From an uncultured Desulfobulbaceae bacterium (GTDB lineage: Bacteria; Desulfobacterota; Desulfobulbia; Desulfobulbales; Desulfocapsaceae), in NCBI GenBank assembly GCA_965366875.1, contig CBDUGK010000007.1:758-64757 (forward strand): 64,000 nucleotides of DNA, given 5' to 3'. Below are positions 1 to 8,284 of this stretch, piece by piece. Every line of letters begins with the position of its first letter. The first letter of the stretch is position 1. The translations under genes were made by a program, and so were the position numbers. The notes beneath the pieces are model-generated. The model was given only the letters and a program-made list of their open reading frames with translations, had not been told where the DNA came from and did no database searches.

Positions 1-1124
1 CCCAGCCGCTGCTGAAAGGATTCGGCATCGCCTATAACCGCTCACCTATCGATCTCGCCGGTATCGATCATTCAATTGCTCAGGAGGAGCTGCGACGCAA
101 TGTGGAGAGCCACCTGCTCGAGGTGTCCCGCGCCTACTGGGGCCTCTACCTGGAACGCTCACTGCTGCTCCAGAAAGAGCAGCTCGCCAGGAAAAGCCTG
201 GAAATCTACAGACAGATGCAGCAGCGTACCGGCATGGATGTCCCGCCCAGCCTGCTGGCACGCTCCAAATCCCTGGTCAGCGCCCACGAGCTTGCCGCCA
301 TGCAGGCGGAATATGCGATGCTCAATGCCCAGTCCCGCATTCGAGCCCTGGTAAATGATCCCGAACTCATCTCCGCAGCCAGCCTGGAAATGATCACCAG
401 CCAGCTGCCGCAAAACACCCTGTTTGAAATTGATTTTGACCAGGCACTGCAGACCACCCTGAGCAATAGACCCGAAGTGGCTCAGGCGATAAAGCATATC
501 CAGTCTGCCTACCTCCGGCTTGAACGGTCTAAAAGCGAACTGCTGCCCGATCTCGATCTTTTTTTTCAGACCTATGTAAAGGGGCTCGAGGGTGATTACG
601 AATACAGCGACGCCTACTCCAACCAGTTTAATGATGGAGAGCCCAGCTATGTTACCGGTCTGCGCTTTGAATTTCCGCTTGGGAACAATGGTGCCGAAGC
701 CCGCAACCTCAGGAAAAAGCTGGAGATTCGGCAACTTCTGCACCAGCTTGACACCACCGTTGAAAACGTTCTGCTGGAAGCCCAGGTTTCCTATCGGGAA
801 CTTGAAAAGAACTACCGTTCCATGGTGCAGAGTTACCAGATCATGCTCTCTGATGATGAAGAGGTGAAAGCCCTTCTCTCCCGGGTTGATTATCTCCTGG
901 CCAACAGCGAGCCGTATGGTGATGTGTTATATCGGCTGATGGATGCCAGTGAGCGGTTGACCGACTCGGAAGAGCTGTTTGCCAAAAGCGAACTGACCTA
1001 TAATTACTCCCTCTATAACCTCCACCGGGCCATGGGAATCCTGGTCAGCACAAACAACATCACCTTCACCGAGGAAAAACCCGAAGATGGGGATACCTTG
1101 CCGGCAATCTATGTTCGTCAGTAA
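1..1124 (+). CDS. TolC-family outer-membrane efflux protein, 5' end outside window
   Basis: The frame of the listed 102..1124 ORF stays open back to nt 3, so the start lies upstream. Helical-repeat sequence of OMF type (VSRAYWGLYLERSLL, YNYSLYNLHRAMG). First gene of a HlyD operon. Confidence 0.8.
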   Translation, partial: QPLLKGFGIAYNRSPIDLAGIDHSIAQEELRRNVESHLLEVSRAYWGLYLERSLLLQKEQLARKSLEIYRQMQQRTGMDVPPSLLARSKSLVSAHELAAMQAEYAMLNAQSRIRALVNDPELISAASLEMITSQLPQNTLFEIDFDQALQTTLSNRPEVAQAIKHIQSAYLRLERSKSELLPDLDLFFQTYVKGLEGDYEYSDAYSNQFNDGEPSYVTGLRFEFPLGNNGAEARNLRKKLEIRQLLHQLDTTVENVLLEAQVSYRELEKNYRSMVQSYQIMLSDDEEVKALLSRVDYLLANSEPYGDVLYRLMDASERLTDSEELFAKSELTYNYSLYNLHRAMGILVSTNNITFTEEKPEDGDTLPAIYVRQ

Positions 1125-1974
1125 AACAGCTCGCTGCACCACGATCGGCACAACCAGGACTCCTGGTGCAGCGAGATTCTCTGCCGGTTTTTATCTGCTT
1201 ATCGCCGTTTCTTTTCTTTTTCGGGCGGAACAGGGTTTTTGCCAGACCTTTGACACGTTTCTTGAACCCAGCCAGATAGTCGACATCTCTTCACCGTTTC
1301 GAAACCGCATCACCGATATTCATGTCGGTATCGGTGATCGGGTCAAGGCCGGTCAGCTCCTTGCCGAACTGGACAGCCAGGTTCTCAGGGCAACGCTCGA
1401 TTCCGCTGAGACAGCGGCTTCGTTTCAGGGTCGTATCGACTCAGCAAAAGCCCTGGTCAGCATGCAGCAGGACCGCTATAAGATGCTGCAGGAACTTGAA
1501 AAGAGCGGCAACGCCCGTCCCCAGGAACTGGTGAAGGCTCACACCGATCTGGTCATGGCCCGCGCTCAACTGCAGAGCGCCCTGGATGACAGGACATTGA
1601 AAAAACATGAAGCCGGCATCATCCGCGCCCAGATAGAAGAGCGTAAACTGCGCAGTCCCGTTGACGGTGTTGTGGTGAAAATTTCCAGGCAGCAGGCGGA
1701 GTTAATCGGCGGCGGTGACGGGGAAGAATTTATGACCGTTGTCCAGCTCGACCCGCTGCTCGCCGTTTTTCATGTACCTCCTGACATTTCGAGGAACCTG
1801 CAGGAAGGGGCAGGAATCCCCCTGGAGAGCGGCGGAGCCAGGGTTACCGGCGAAATTGATTTTATCTCACCGGTCATCAATGCCCAGAGCGGTACCGTCG
1901 AGGTTCGTGTCACCATTACCAACCCGGATAACAAGCTGATAAGCGGCAGCCGCTGCACGTTCAGCAAACAGTAA
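1087..1974 (+). CDS. HlyD-family membrane fusion (periplasmic adaptor) protein, short form
   Basis: N-terminal TM (FYLLIAVSFLF). Lipoyl-like hairpin halves (ITDIHVGIGDRVKAGQLLAELD and SPVDGVVVKI) flank a coiled coil. Overlaps the TolC stop; alternative ATG at 1111. Confidence 0.8.
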   Translation: MGIPCRQSMFVSKTARCTTIGTTRTPGAARFSAGFYLLIAVSFLFRAEQGFCQTFDTFLEPSQIVDISSPFRNRITDIHVGIGDRVKAGQLLAELDSQVLRATLDSAETAASFQGRIDSAKALVSMQQDRYKMLQELEKSGNARPQELVKAHTDLVMARAQLQSALDDRTLKKHEAGIIRAQIEERKLRSPVDGVVVKISRQQAELIGGGDGEEFMTVVQLDPLLAVFHVPPDISRNLQEGAGIPLESGGARVTGEIDFISPVINAQSGTVEVRVTITNPDNKLISGSRCTFSKQ

Positions 1975-1993
1975 CTACACGGAGACAAATTCC

Positions 1994-2296
1994 ATGACAG
2001 ACGACACAAAAAAACAACAGCAGATCAAGGTTCGCTATAATGAAACATCGGCCCTCTATGCTTCCCAGTTTATTGTCAACACCAGCGGTGAAGACCTGAT
2101 TATAAATTTTTCCTCAGGCCCGATCACCGATCCAGCCGGCGGGGAATCCATCCTGCCTGTCCATACCCGGATGGCAATGACCATCAATGGTGCCAGACGC
2201 CTGCATAGCGTGCTGGAAAACATTCTGGGCAAACAGGGGGCTGATGCAGCAAAGATTCCTGCCGCTGCGCAGGCAAATCTCTCGGACGTCAACTAA
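1994..2296 (+). CDS. small DUF3467-like protein
   Basis: 100 aa, no signal peptide. YASQFIVNTSGEDLIINF and HTRMAMTINGARRLHSVLENIL fit my memory of the DUF3467 pattern. GGAGA lies 8 nt upstream of the ATG. Confidence 0.55.
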   Translation: MTDDTKKQQQIKVRYNETSALYASQFIVNTSGEDLIINFSSGPITDPAGGESILPVHTRMAMTINGARRLHSVLENILGKQGADAAKIPAAAQANLSDVN

Positions 2297-2311
2297 CGAC
2301 AACTCGTACTA

Positions 2312-4177
2312 TTGAGCGATACAGTGTCAACCCGCTCCACCCAGGGCAGCGCCGTCATCCGGCGCCCTGACATTCACCAGCTCTCCAGCCAGCTTCTCCG
2401 GCTGGCGGACCAGGCTGGTAATCGTCACCGGCTTGTCCTGGACTTCCTGCAGGCAGCCATCGGTCTGGTCAATGCCGCAGGGGTGATCTATTTTACCCGC
2501 AACCAGGGCGGTGGTCTTGCCGTCGAGCAGCAGCTGCTCTCCCGACAGGCCCTTTCCTGGTCTTCAGACTTAGTACAGTGCATGCAGCAGGACGCAGAGC
2601 GTGCCCTGACCAGCGGCCGGGCACAATTCAGTTCGCTTGAAGAATTCCCCGCCGCCCAGCTGCTCTCCTGCCCGGCAGGATATGAGCGCCAGCATACCGG
2701 TTGCCTGTCTTTTATTGTTCTCACAGGTGACCAGCCTGTCGAATCTTTTCTGGTGATCATTCAACTTCTGACCACCCTGCTCAACTCCTTTCTTGAAAGG
2801 AGTTCTCCCCCGGCCGGCAGCGACAGGGACCTGTTCCGACAGCTGGTCAGCCTTGTTGCCACTACTCTTGAATACCGCTACCAGCCGGAATCCATGTTGC
2901 AGCTCAACGCCCGGCTGCGTTCCTGGGCAGAGTGCGAGCAGGTGGCAATCGGCACCATCACAGCTTCCGGACGGATGATTCTGAGTTCGCTGTCTCACCT
3001 CACCTCTGTAGATCTGCGCAGCGAACAATCGCGGATCTTTACCAAAGTGCTCAATGAATGCGCCATTCAACCTGACATTCTCGTTTTCCCGGCAACCAGC
3101 GAGACCTTGGAACAGAGTTCACCTCTTTTTCAGGAGCTGCTGAACATCAGTTCAAACACTCAGGCTGTCGGACTTTCGCTCAGCGATTCGCATGGCACCA
3201 TGACAGGTGCGGTCATTTTTCTGTGGGACAAGCCGGAAAACCGACAGCGACTCATTTCATCCCTTGGTGCAGGCAGGAGCGTGCTGGCCTCCTGTCTTTC
3301 CGTCATGCAGGAAAAAGGCGGCACAGGTGTTTCCGCTGTCATGAAAAGCCGGTCAGCAGGCAAGACGCGCCGTTTCAGCAGATATCTGCTGCTGCTTGCG
3401 GTCATAGCGCTGCTGGGTGCAATCAGCATGCTGCCGCTGCCATTCCGCCTCAGTACGCCATGCGTTGTGCAGCCGGTTTCAACCAGGTTCGTGGTCGCCA
3501 GGTTCGATGGAATTCTCCAGGAAGTCCTGGTACAGCCCGGAGACGAGGTTCAGGACGGTGATACGCTGGCCATCCTCGATGGCCGGGAAAATGAAATTAC
3601 CCGGGCGGCGGTGACGGCAGAACGCAACAAGGCCCGGAAAATGCGGGATCATCATCTGGCGCTCGGCAATACTGCCGGGGCCCAGATTGCCAGACTCGAG
3701 GAACAGCGGCTCGAAGAGCAGCTCAGTTTGCTGCTCGAGCAGGAAAAACATCTCATCCTGCTCAGCCCGGTTGGCGGCATGGTGCTCTCCGGCGATCTGA
3801 AGAGGGCACTCGGCAGCCCGGTAAGCAAAGGCCAGAGTCTGTTTGAAGTGTCGCCATTAAACGTAATGATTGTTGAGCTTGCGGTGCGCGAAAACAATAT
3901 TGGCTATCTGCAGCCGGACATGGACGTACGGGTACGCTTCGACGCCTATCCCGAAGCCGCCTGGGTCGGGTCCATACAAAAGATCAACCCGAAATCAGTA
4001 ATCAGGGAGAATCGCAATGTTTTTATCGCCGAGCTCGAATTCGACAACCCGGACGGCAGACTCAGGCCCGGTATGCAGGGAAAAGCCGTGATCCAGGCCG
4101 GCTCCAGACCGCTTGGCTGGATTCTTTTTCATAAACCCTGGTATACCCTGCTGCAACTAAAGGATTTCTTCTTCTAA
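2312..4177 (+). CDS. HlyD-family adaptor with about 350-aa cytoplasmic N-terminal domain
   Basis: TM (YLLLLAVIALLGAISMLPL), then lipoyl-like halves (ARFDGILQEVLVQPGDEVQDGDTLAILD and SPVGGMVLS), coiled coil and barrel. N-terminal domain unassigned. TTG start at 2312 is uncertain (GTG 2324 is in frame). Confidence 0.75.
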   Translation: MSDTVSTRSTQGSAVIRRPDIHQLSSQLLRLADQAGNRHRLVLDFLQAAIGLVNAAGVIYFTRNQGGGLAVEQQLLSRQALSWSSDLVQCMQQDAERALTSGRAQFSSLEEFPAAQLLSCPAGYERQHTGCLSFIVLTGDQPVESFLVIIQLLTTLLNSFLERSSPPAGSDRDLFRQLVSLVATTLEYRYQPESMLQLNARLRSWAECEQVAIGTITASGRMILSSLSHLTSVDLRSEQSRIFTKVLNECAIQPDILVFPATSETLEQSSPLFQELLNISSNTQAVGLSLSDSHGTMTGAVIFLWDKPENRQRLISSLGAGRSVLASCLSVMQEKGGTGVSAVMKSRSAGKTRRFSRYLLLLAVIALLGAISMLPLPFRLSTPCVVQPVSTRFVVARFDGILQEVLVQPGDEVQDGDTLAILDGRENEITRAAVTAERNKARKMRDHHLALGNTAGAQIARLEEQRLEEQLSLLLEQEKHLILLSPVGGMVLSGDLKRALGSPVSKGQSLFEVSPLNVMIVELAVRENNIGYLQPDMDVRVRFDAYPEAAWVGSIQKINPKSVIRENRNVFIAELEFDNPDGRLRPGMQGKAVIQAGSRPLGWILFHKPWYTLLQLKDFFF

Positions 4178-4183
4178 ACCATT

Positions 4184-6343
4184 ATGGCCCACCCCGAATC
4201 ATCCCTGCCGAGACTCCGCTCCGAGCTCCGCTTCTCCCCGGTCAAGGAAGGCAACCGGATAGAGTACATCCTGGAAGACCCCGTTCGTAATACCTTTTAC
4301 CGGCTTGGCCTCGAGGAATATCTGTTTATCAGCAGGCTGAACCAGGCCTCCGGACTTGAGCAATTACTGGAGAGTGTCGCCCAGACCGGCAATACGCAAC
4401 TGAGCGCCGAGCAAGCCCAGGCTATCCTGAACTGGCTGGCAGCCAGGCAGCTCCTGCAGGTAGATGATGCCGCCCCCCTTGTTCAGGCACTGGAACAGGA
4501 AGAAAAACAGAAAAATGCACGGCACTTCAGCCGACTCAATATCATTACCATCAAGGTGCCACTGTTCAACCCTGACCCTCTGCTGAACTACCTGAGCCCC
4601 AAGTTTAACTGGCTGACCGGCAGGTGGTTTGCGGCACTCTGGCTGATCCTTGCCGCCTCGGCACTTACTGTGCTTTTTTCAAAATGGCAGGAGTTCAGCA
4701 GTCAGGCGATTGGTTTTTTTTCAGCCGGTAATGTGCTTTTTATCTGGCTCATCTGGTTTTTCCTCAAACTTTTTCATGAATTATTCCATGCCCTGGTCTG
4801 TCGCCGCTACGGCGGCAGAGTCTATGAGGCCGGCATCCTGTTTATTCTCTTTATTCCGCTGACCTATGTCAATGCCACATCATCATGGAATTTTCCTTCA
4901 AAATGGCAGCGCATTCATGTCGCCGTGGCCGGCATGTTCCTCGAACTCGGTATTGGCTGGGCGGCACTCCTGGTCTGGGCTGGACAGCCGAATACCACGA
5001 CGGGATTCATTGCCCATAACACGGTTATCATCGCTTCGGTCAGCTCCCTGCTCTTCAATGCCAATCCGCTCATGCGTTTTGACGGTTATTACGTCCTTTC
5101 TGACCTGATCGGCATACCTAATCTTTACAGCCGCGGTCTGCAGTTCATCAAGTCCGTCGGCGCACGCTGGTTTCTCGGTATCTCCTCTGCCGCTGTCTGG
5201 CAGAACGGTCCGAAATTATGGTTTATCAAGTTCTATGGTGTCGCCATTTATCTCTGGCGCCTCTTCATTCTTGTTTCCCTTGGCTATATCGCCAGCACCA
5301 TGGCCGGAGGCTTCGGCATCCTGGCAACGATCGGCGCTGCCGTTGTCTGGGTCGGCACACCGCTCTACCAGTTTTTCAAGCGTTTGCCGTTTTACCGGCA
5401 GCAGAATCCTCATGTCCTGCGCCACCTGCTGCTGCATCTGGTTATAACCCTGCTGGTCATCTTCGCCGGCGTTCGTTATACTAGTTGGGAGCAGAGAATT
5501 CAGGCTCCCGCAGTAGTTGAATACCAGCACCAGTATAGCGTACGGCCTGAAACCCGAGGCTTTGTCAGCATTGTCCACGTCACCACCGGCCAGCAGGTGC
5601 GGCAGGGAGACCTCCTGCTGACCCTGGAAAACGATGAACTGTCATACACAGCTCGTGATCTGCAGCTGCAGACTCGGCAACTGAAACTGGAAAGCCGCCT
5701 GGCCCAGTCCAACGGGGAAATAACCAAACTGCAGATCCTGCAGGAGCAGCAGCAGAATTTGTCAGGAAAACTGCAGGACCTTGAGGCGGACCTGAGAGCG
5801 TTCGAAGTCCATGCTCAGGGTGACGGTGTCGTCGTCGGCACCGGCCTGGATGCAATTGAGGGAACCTATCTTTTCAGGGGCCAGGAAGTTTTCTGGATCG
5901 TCAGCCCGGAACAGAAACAAATCTCGGCAAGCGCCTCCCAGGATGACATTGAACAGTTCCGGGCGCTGCTGAACCGGCCCCTGAAAATAGATATGCGGTC
6001 CGCAGGGCTCGGCACTTTTACCGGCACACTCAGGCAGGTTTCACCCAACGCAACCACCGAATTGATCCATCCGGCGCTTGGGGCTGTCTACGGAGGGCCG
6101 CTCGATGTCCGGCAGCAGTCTCTCGGTACTGTCGGGGAGGACATGGAGCAGCGCTATCGTTTTGAGTTGTTTACGCCGCGGTTCAGACTTGATGTTGAGC
6201 TGCCCGCAGAGCTGACTGAAAAAGTCAAAGACGGTCAACCGGCAACGCTGTACACGCGTGGTTCCAGAATTTCACTCGGCCAGATAATTGTCAATAAGGG
6301 GCGCGACTGGCTGCAGAACAAAAATTCCCTGCTGGACAGGTAG
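4184..6343 (+). CDS. M50 (site-2-protease-like) metalloprotease fused to a HlyD-type adaptor
   Basis: Multi-TM core with HELFH (nt 4775-4789) and NPLMRFDG (nt 5063-5086). C-terminal about 270 aa is HlyD-like (VSIVHVTTGQQVRQGDLLLTLEND, long coiled coil, barrel). 6-nt gap to the upstream gene. Confidence 0.8.
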   Translation: MAHPESSLPRLRSELRFSPVKEGNRIEYILEDPVRNTFYRLGLEEYLFISRLNQASGLEQLLESVAQTGNTQLSAEQAQAILNWLAARQLLQVDDAAPLVQALEQEEKQKNARHFSRLNIITIKVPLFNPDPLLNYLSPKFNWLTGRWFAALWLILAASALTVLFSKWQEFSSQAIGFFSAGNVLFIWLIWFFLKLFHELFHALVCRRYGGRVYEAGILFILFIPLTYVNATSSWNFPSKWQRIHVAVAGMFLELGIGWAALLVWAGQPNTTTGFIAHNTVIIASVSSLLFNANPLMRFDGYYVLSDLIGIPNLYSRGLQFIKSVGARWFLGISSAAVWQNGPKLWFIKFYGVAIYLWRLFILVSLGYIASTMAGGFGILATIGAAVVWVGTPLYQFFKRLPFYRQQNPHVLRHLLLHLVITLLVIFAGVRYTSWEQRIQAPAVVEYQHQYSVRPETRGFVSIVHVTTGQQVRQGDLLLTLENDELSYTARDLQLQTRQLKLESRLAQSNGEITKLQILQEQQQNLSGKLQDLEADLRAFEVHAQGDGVVVGTGLDAIEGTYLFRGQEVFWIVSPEQKQISASASQDDIEQFRALLNRPLKIDMRSAGLGTFTGTLRQVSPNATTELIHPALGAVYGGPLDVRQQSLGTVGEDMEQRYRFELFTPRFRLDVELPAELTEKVKDGQPATLYTRGSRISLGQIIVNKGRDWLQNKNSLLDR

Positions 6344-6409
6344 TCCAGCAGGGGAGTACGCTCTTCAATTACGGAAAAATTCTCGAAATCCCCACAGAGA
6401 AGACCTCTT

Positions 6410-7462
6410 TTACAAAGCGGCGATCACACGGTCAGTAAACGAAGTCGTTGTTTCCTTGCCGCCGAGATCAGGAGTCAAAAGCCCCTCTGAAGTAACTGTC
6501 TCAACGGCCTCCATCAGTGCATCACCGGCCGTTTTCTCACCAAGGAAATCAAGCATCATCTGAACCGACCAGAGTGTTGCAATCGGGTTCGCTATGCCTT
6601 TTCCGGCGATATCCGGGGCGGAACCATGAACCGGCTCAAACATTGAAGGATATTGTTTCGACACATTGATGTTGGCTGACGGCGCAATACCAATGCCGCC
6701 GGCGATCGCCGGGCCGAGATCGGAAAGGATATCGCCGAAGAGATTACTGCCGACAACAACGTCGAACCAGTCGGGATGCTGGACAAAATTGGCGGTAAGA
6801 ATGTCTATGTGAAACTGGTCACAGGTTAAATCGGGGTAAGCTGCGGTAACTGCTTTGAAGCGCTCGTCCCAGAACGGCATGGTGAAGCGGATGCCGTTTG
6901 ATTTGGTTGCCGAGGTAATATGCCTGGCCGGCCTTTTCTGGGCGAGATCGCAGGCGAACGTGAGTATCCGGTCGACTCCCGTCCTGGTAAAAATCGTTTC
7001 CTGAACCGCAAACTCCCGTTCGCTTCCCTCGAAGAGTCGCCCGCCAATTTCTGAATACTCGCCTTCTGTATTCTCCCTGACCACGATGAAATCTATATCG
7101 CTGCTGTCCCTGTTGGCGAGCGGTGAGGAAACCCCTTTCAGCAGCCTCACCGGCCTGAGATTAACATATTGATCGAACCGGCGTCTAATCGGCAGCAGCA
7201 GTTCCCAGAGCGAAACATGATCGGGGACAGCAGGGTCTCCGACAGCACCGAGCAGGATCGCATCAAAGGGTCTGATCTGCTCGAGCCCATCTTCCGGCAT
7301 CATTTTACCATGCTCACGATAGTATTCGCATGAATAAGGAAACTCTTTGTAGGAAACGGTGAAATTGAATTTTGAGGCCAGGACATCCAGAACCCTGACG
7401 CCCTCAGGTATTACTTCTCTGCCAATTCCATCACCCGGTATTAATGCTATTTTATAGCTCAT
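6410..7462 (-). CDS. tartrate dehydrogenase/decarboxylase-like enzyme (isocitrate/isopropylmalate dehydrogenase family)
   Basis: IALIPGDGIGREV N-terminus, GSNLFGDILSD, about 350 aa. Start moved to ATG 7462 (GGAG 6 nt upstream). Confidence 0.75.
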   Translation of the reverse strand: MSYKIALIPGDGIGREVIPEGVRVLDVLASKFNFTVSYKEFPYSCEYYREHGKMMPEDGLEQIRPFDAILLGAVGDPAVPDHVSLWELLLPIRRRFDQYVNLRPVRLLKGVSSPLANRDSSDIDFIVVRENTEGEYSEIGGRLFEGSEREFAVQETIFTRTGVDRILTFACDLAQKRPARHITSATKSNGIRFTMPFWDERFKAVTAAYPDLTCDQFHIDILTANFVQHPDWFDVVVGSNLFGDILSDLGPAIAGGIGIAPSANINVSKQYPSMFEPVHGSAPDIAGKGIANPIATLWSVQMMLDFLGEKTAGDALMEAVETVTSEGLLTPDLGGKETTTSFTDRVIAAL

Positions 7463-7606
7463 GGTCTGCTCCACTTCGTCTTAATTGATTTGTCTGCCGG
7501 TAGTTTCTTGCCATTCTCGGTTCAAACGTTCAAACACACGTGTCTTGTTACTACAATGAAATGATTGAAATATCAATACAACCCTGGAAAGGCAGCGGTG
7601 TCATCA

Positions 7607-8230
7607 CTATTCGCTAAACGGATCAACCGTCTGCCAGACAACGTTGTACCGCCCTGGAGTTATTGCAGCCATAAAGCCCGGCCGTTCATTCAATGTGTCT
7701 GCCGGCAGCTGGTGCTGCACCACAACCCAGCTTTCACCCTGGTAACTCAGCTGGGTCCTGTCCTTGTCAAAAATGTTCGTTATCCTGCAGCCGGCAAGAC
7801 CGGAGAGACCATGACCGGTGGCCTTCAACACCGCCTCCTTGGCCGTCCAGTAGCGGAAAAAAACCACAGGATCATACACCTGGTCCAGTTGCCACTCCGG
7901 CTCTGAGGCAACCTGGTTTTTCAGCTCGTCGGGGACGTCCCGTATCTCTTCAATATCGATGCCGACAGCATGGGGGGCGACAACTGCTGCGACACATCTG
8001 CCTGAATGGGACAGAGACCAGTGAACACCAGCGGTCGGACGGGGGATTCCTGATGCGTCTTTTTGGGGCACAAAAGGTTCAATGCTGCTTCGTTGAGCCG
8101 AACGCTCAAGAGCCTGCCGGGCATAGATGCTGAGCCTCTTGGTTTTCTCCAGGCTTGAAATTCCGGCGACAGCGGAGGGCAGCCTCATGATGACCGGATA
8201 GAGTGCCGCCCAGGTGATGTCACTCTTCAA
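7607..8230 (-). CDS. 4'-phosphopantetheinyl transferase (Sfp type)
   Basis: Motifs GIDIEEI and WTAKEAVLKATG. Confidence 0.8.
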   Translation of the reverse strand: MKSDITWAALYPVIMRLPSAVAGISSLEKTKRLSIYARQALERSAQRSSIEPFVPQKDASGIPRPTAGVHWSLSHSGRCVAAVVAPHAVGIDIEEIRDVPDELKNQVASEPEWQLDQVYDPVVFFRYWTAKEAVLKATGHGLSGLAGCRITNIFDKDRTQLSYQGESWVVVQHQLPADTLNERPGFMAAITPGRYNVVWQTVDPFSE

Positions 8231-8284
8231 ACTGTCTCCTTTTGGCCAGAGCTGATTGTGCCGAGGATGCCCGGCTTTTTCCGG

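Noticed and set aside
159-743. Long antisense or alternative-frame ORFs in the track, such as 159..743 (-), 2570..3070 (-), 8936..9556 (+), 10451..10945 (+), 12105..12683 (+), 14686..15093 (-), 53867..54415 (+) and 56115..56576 (+).
   Set aside because: Each lies wholly inside a longer ORF on the other strand or frame that has clear family motifs. Their sequences are Arg/Pro/Gly-rich shadow translations typical of GC-rich DNA.
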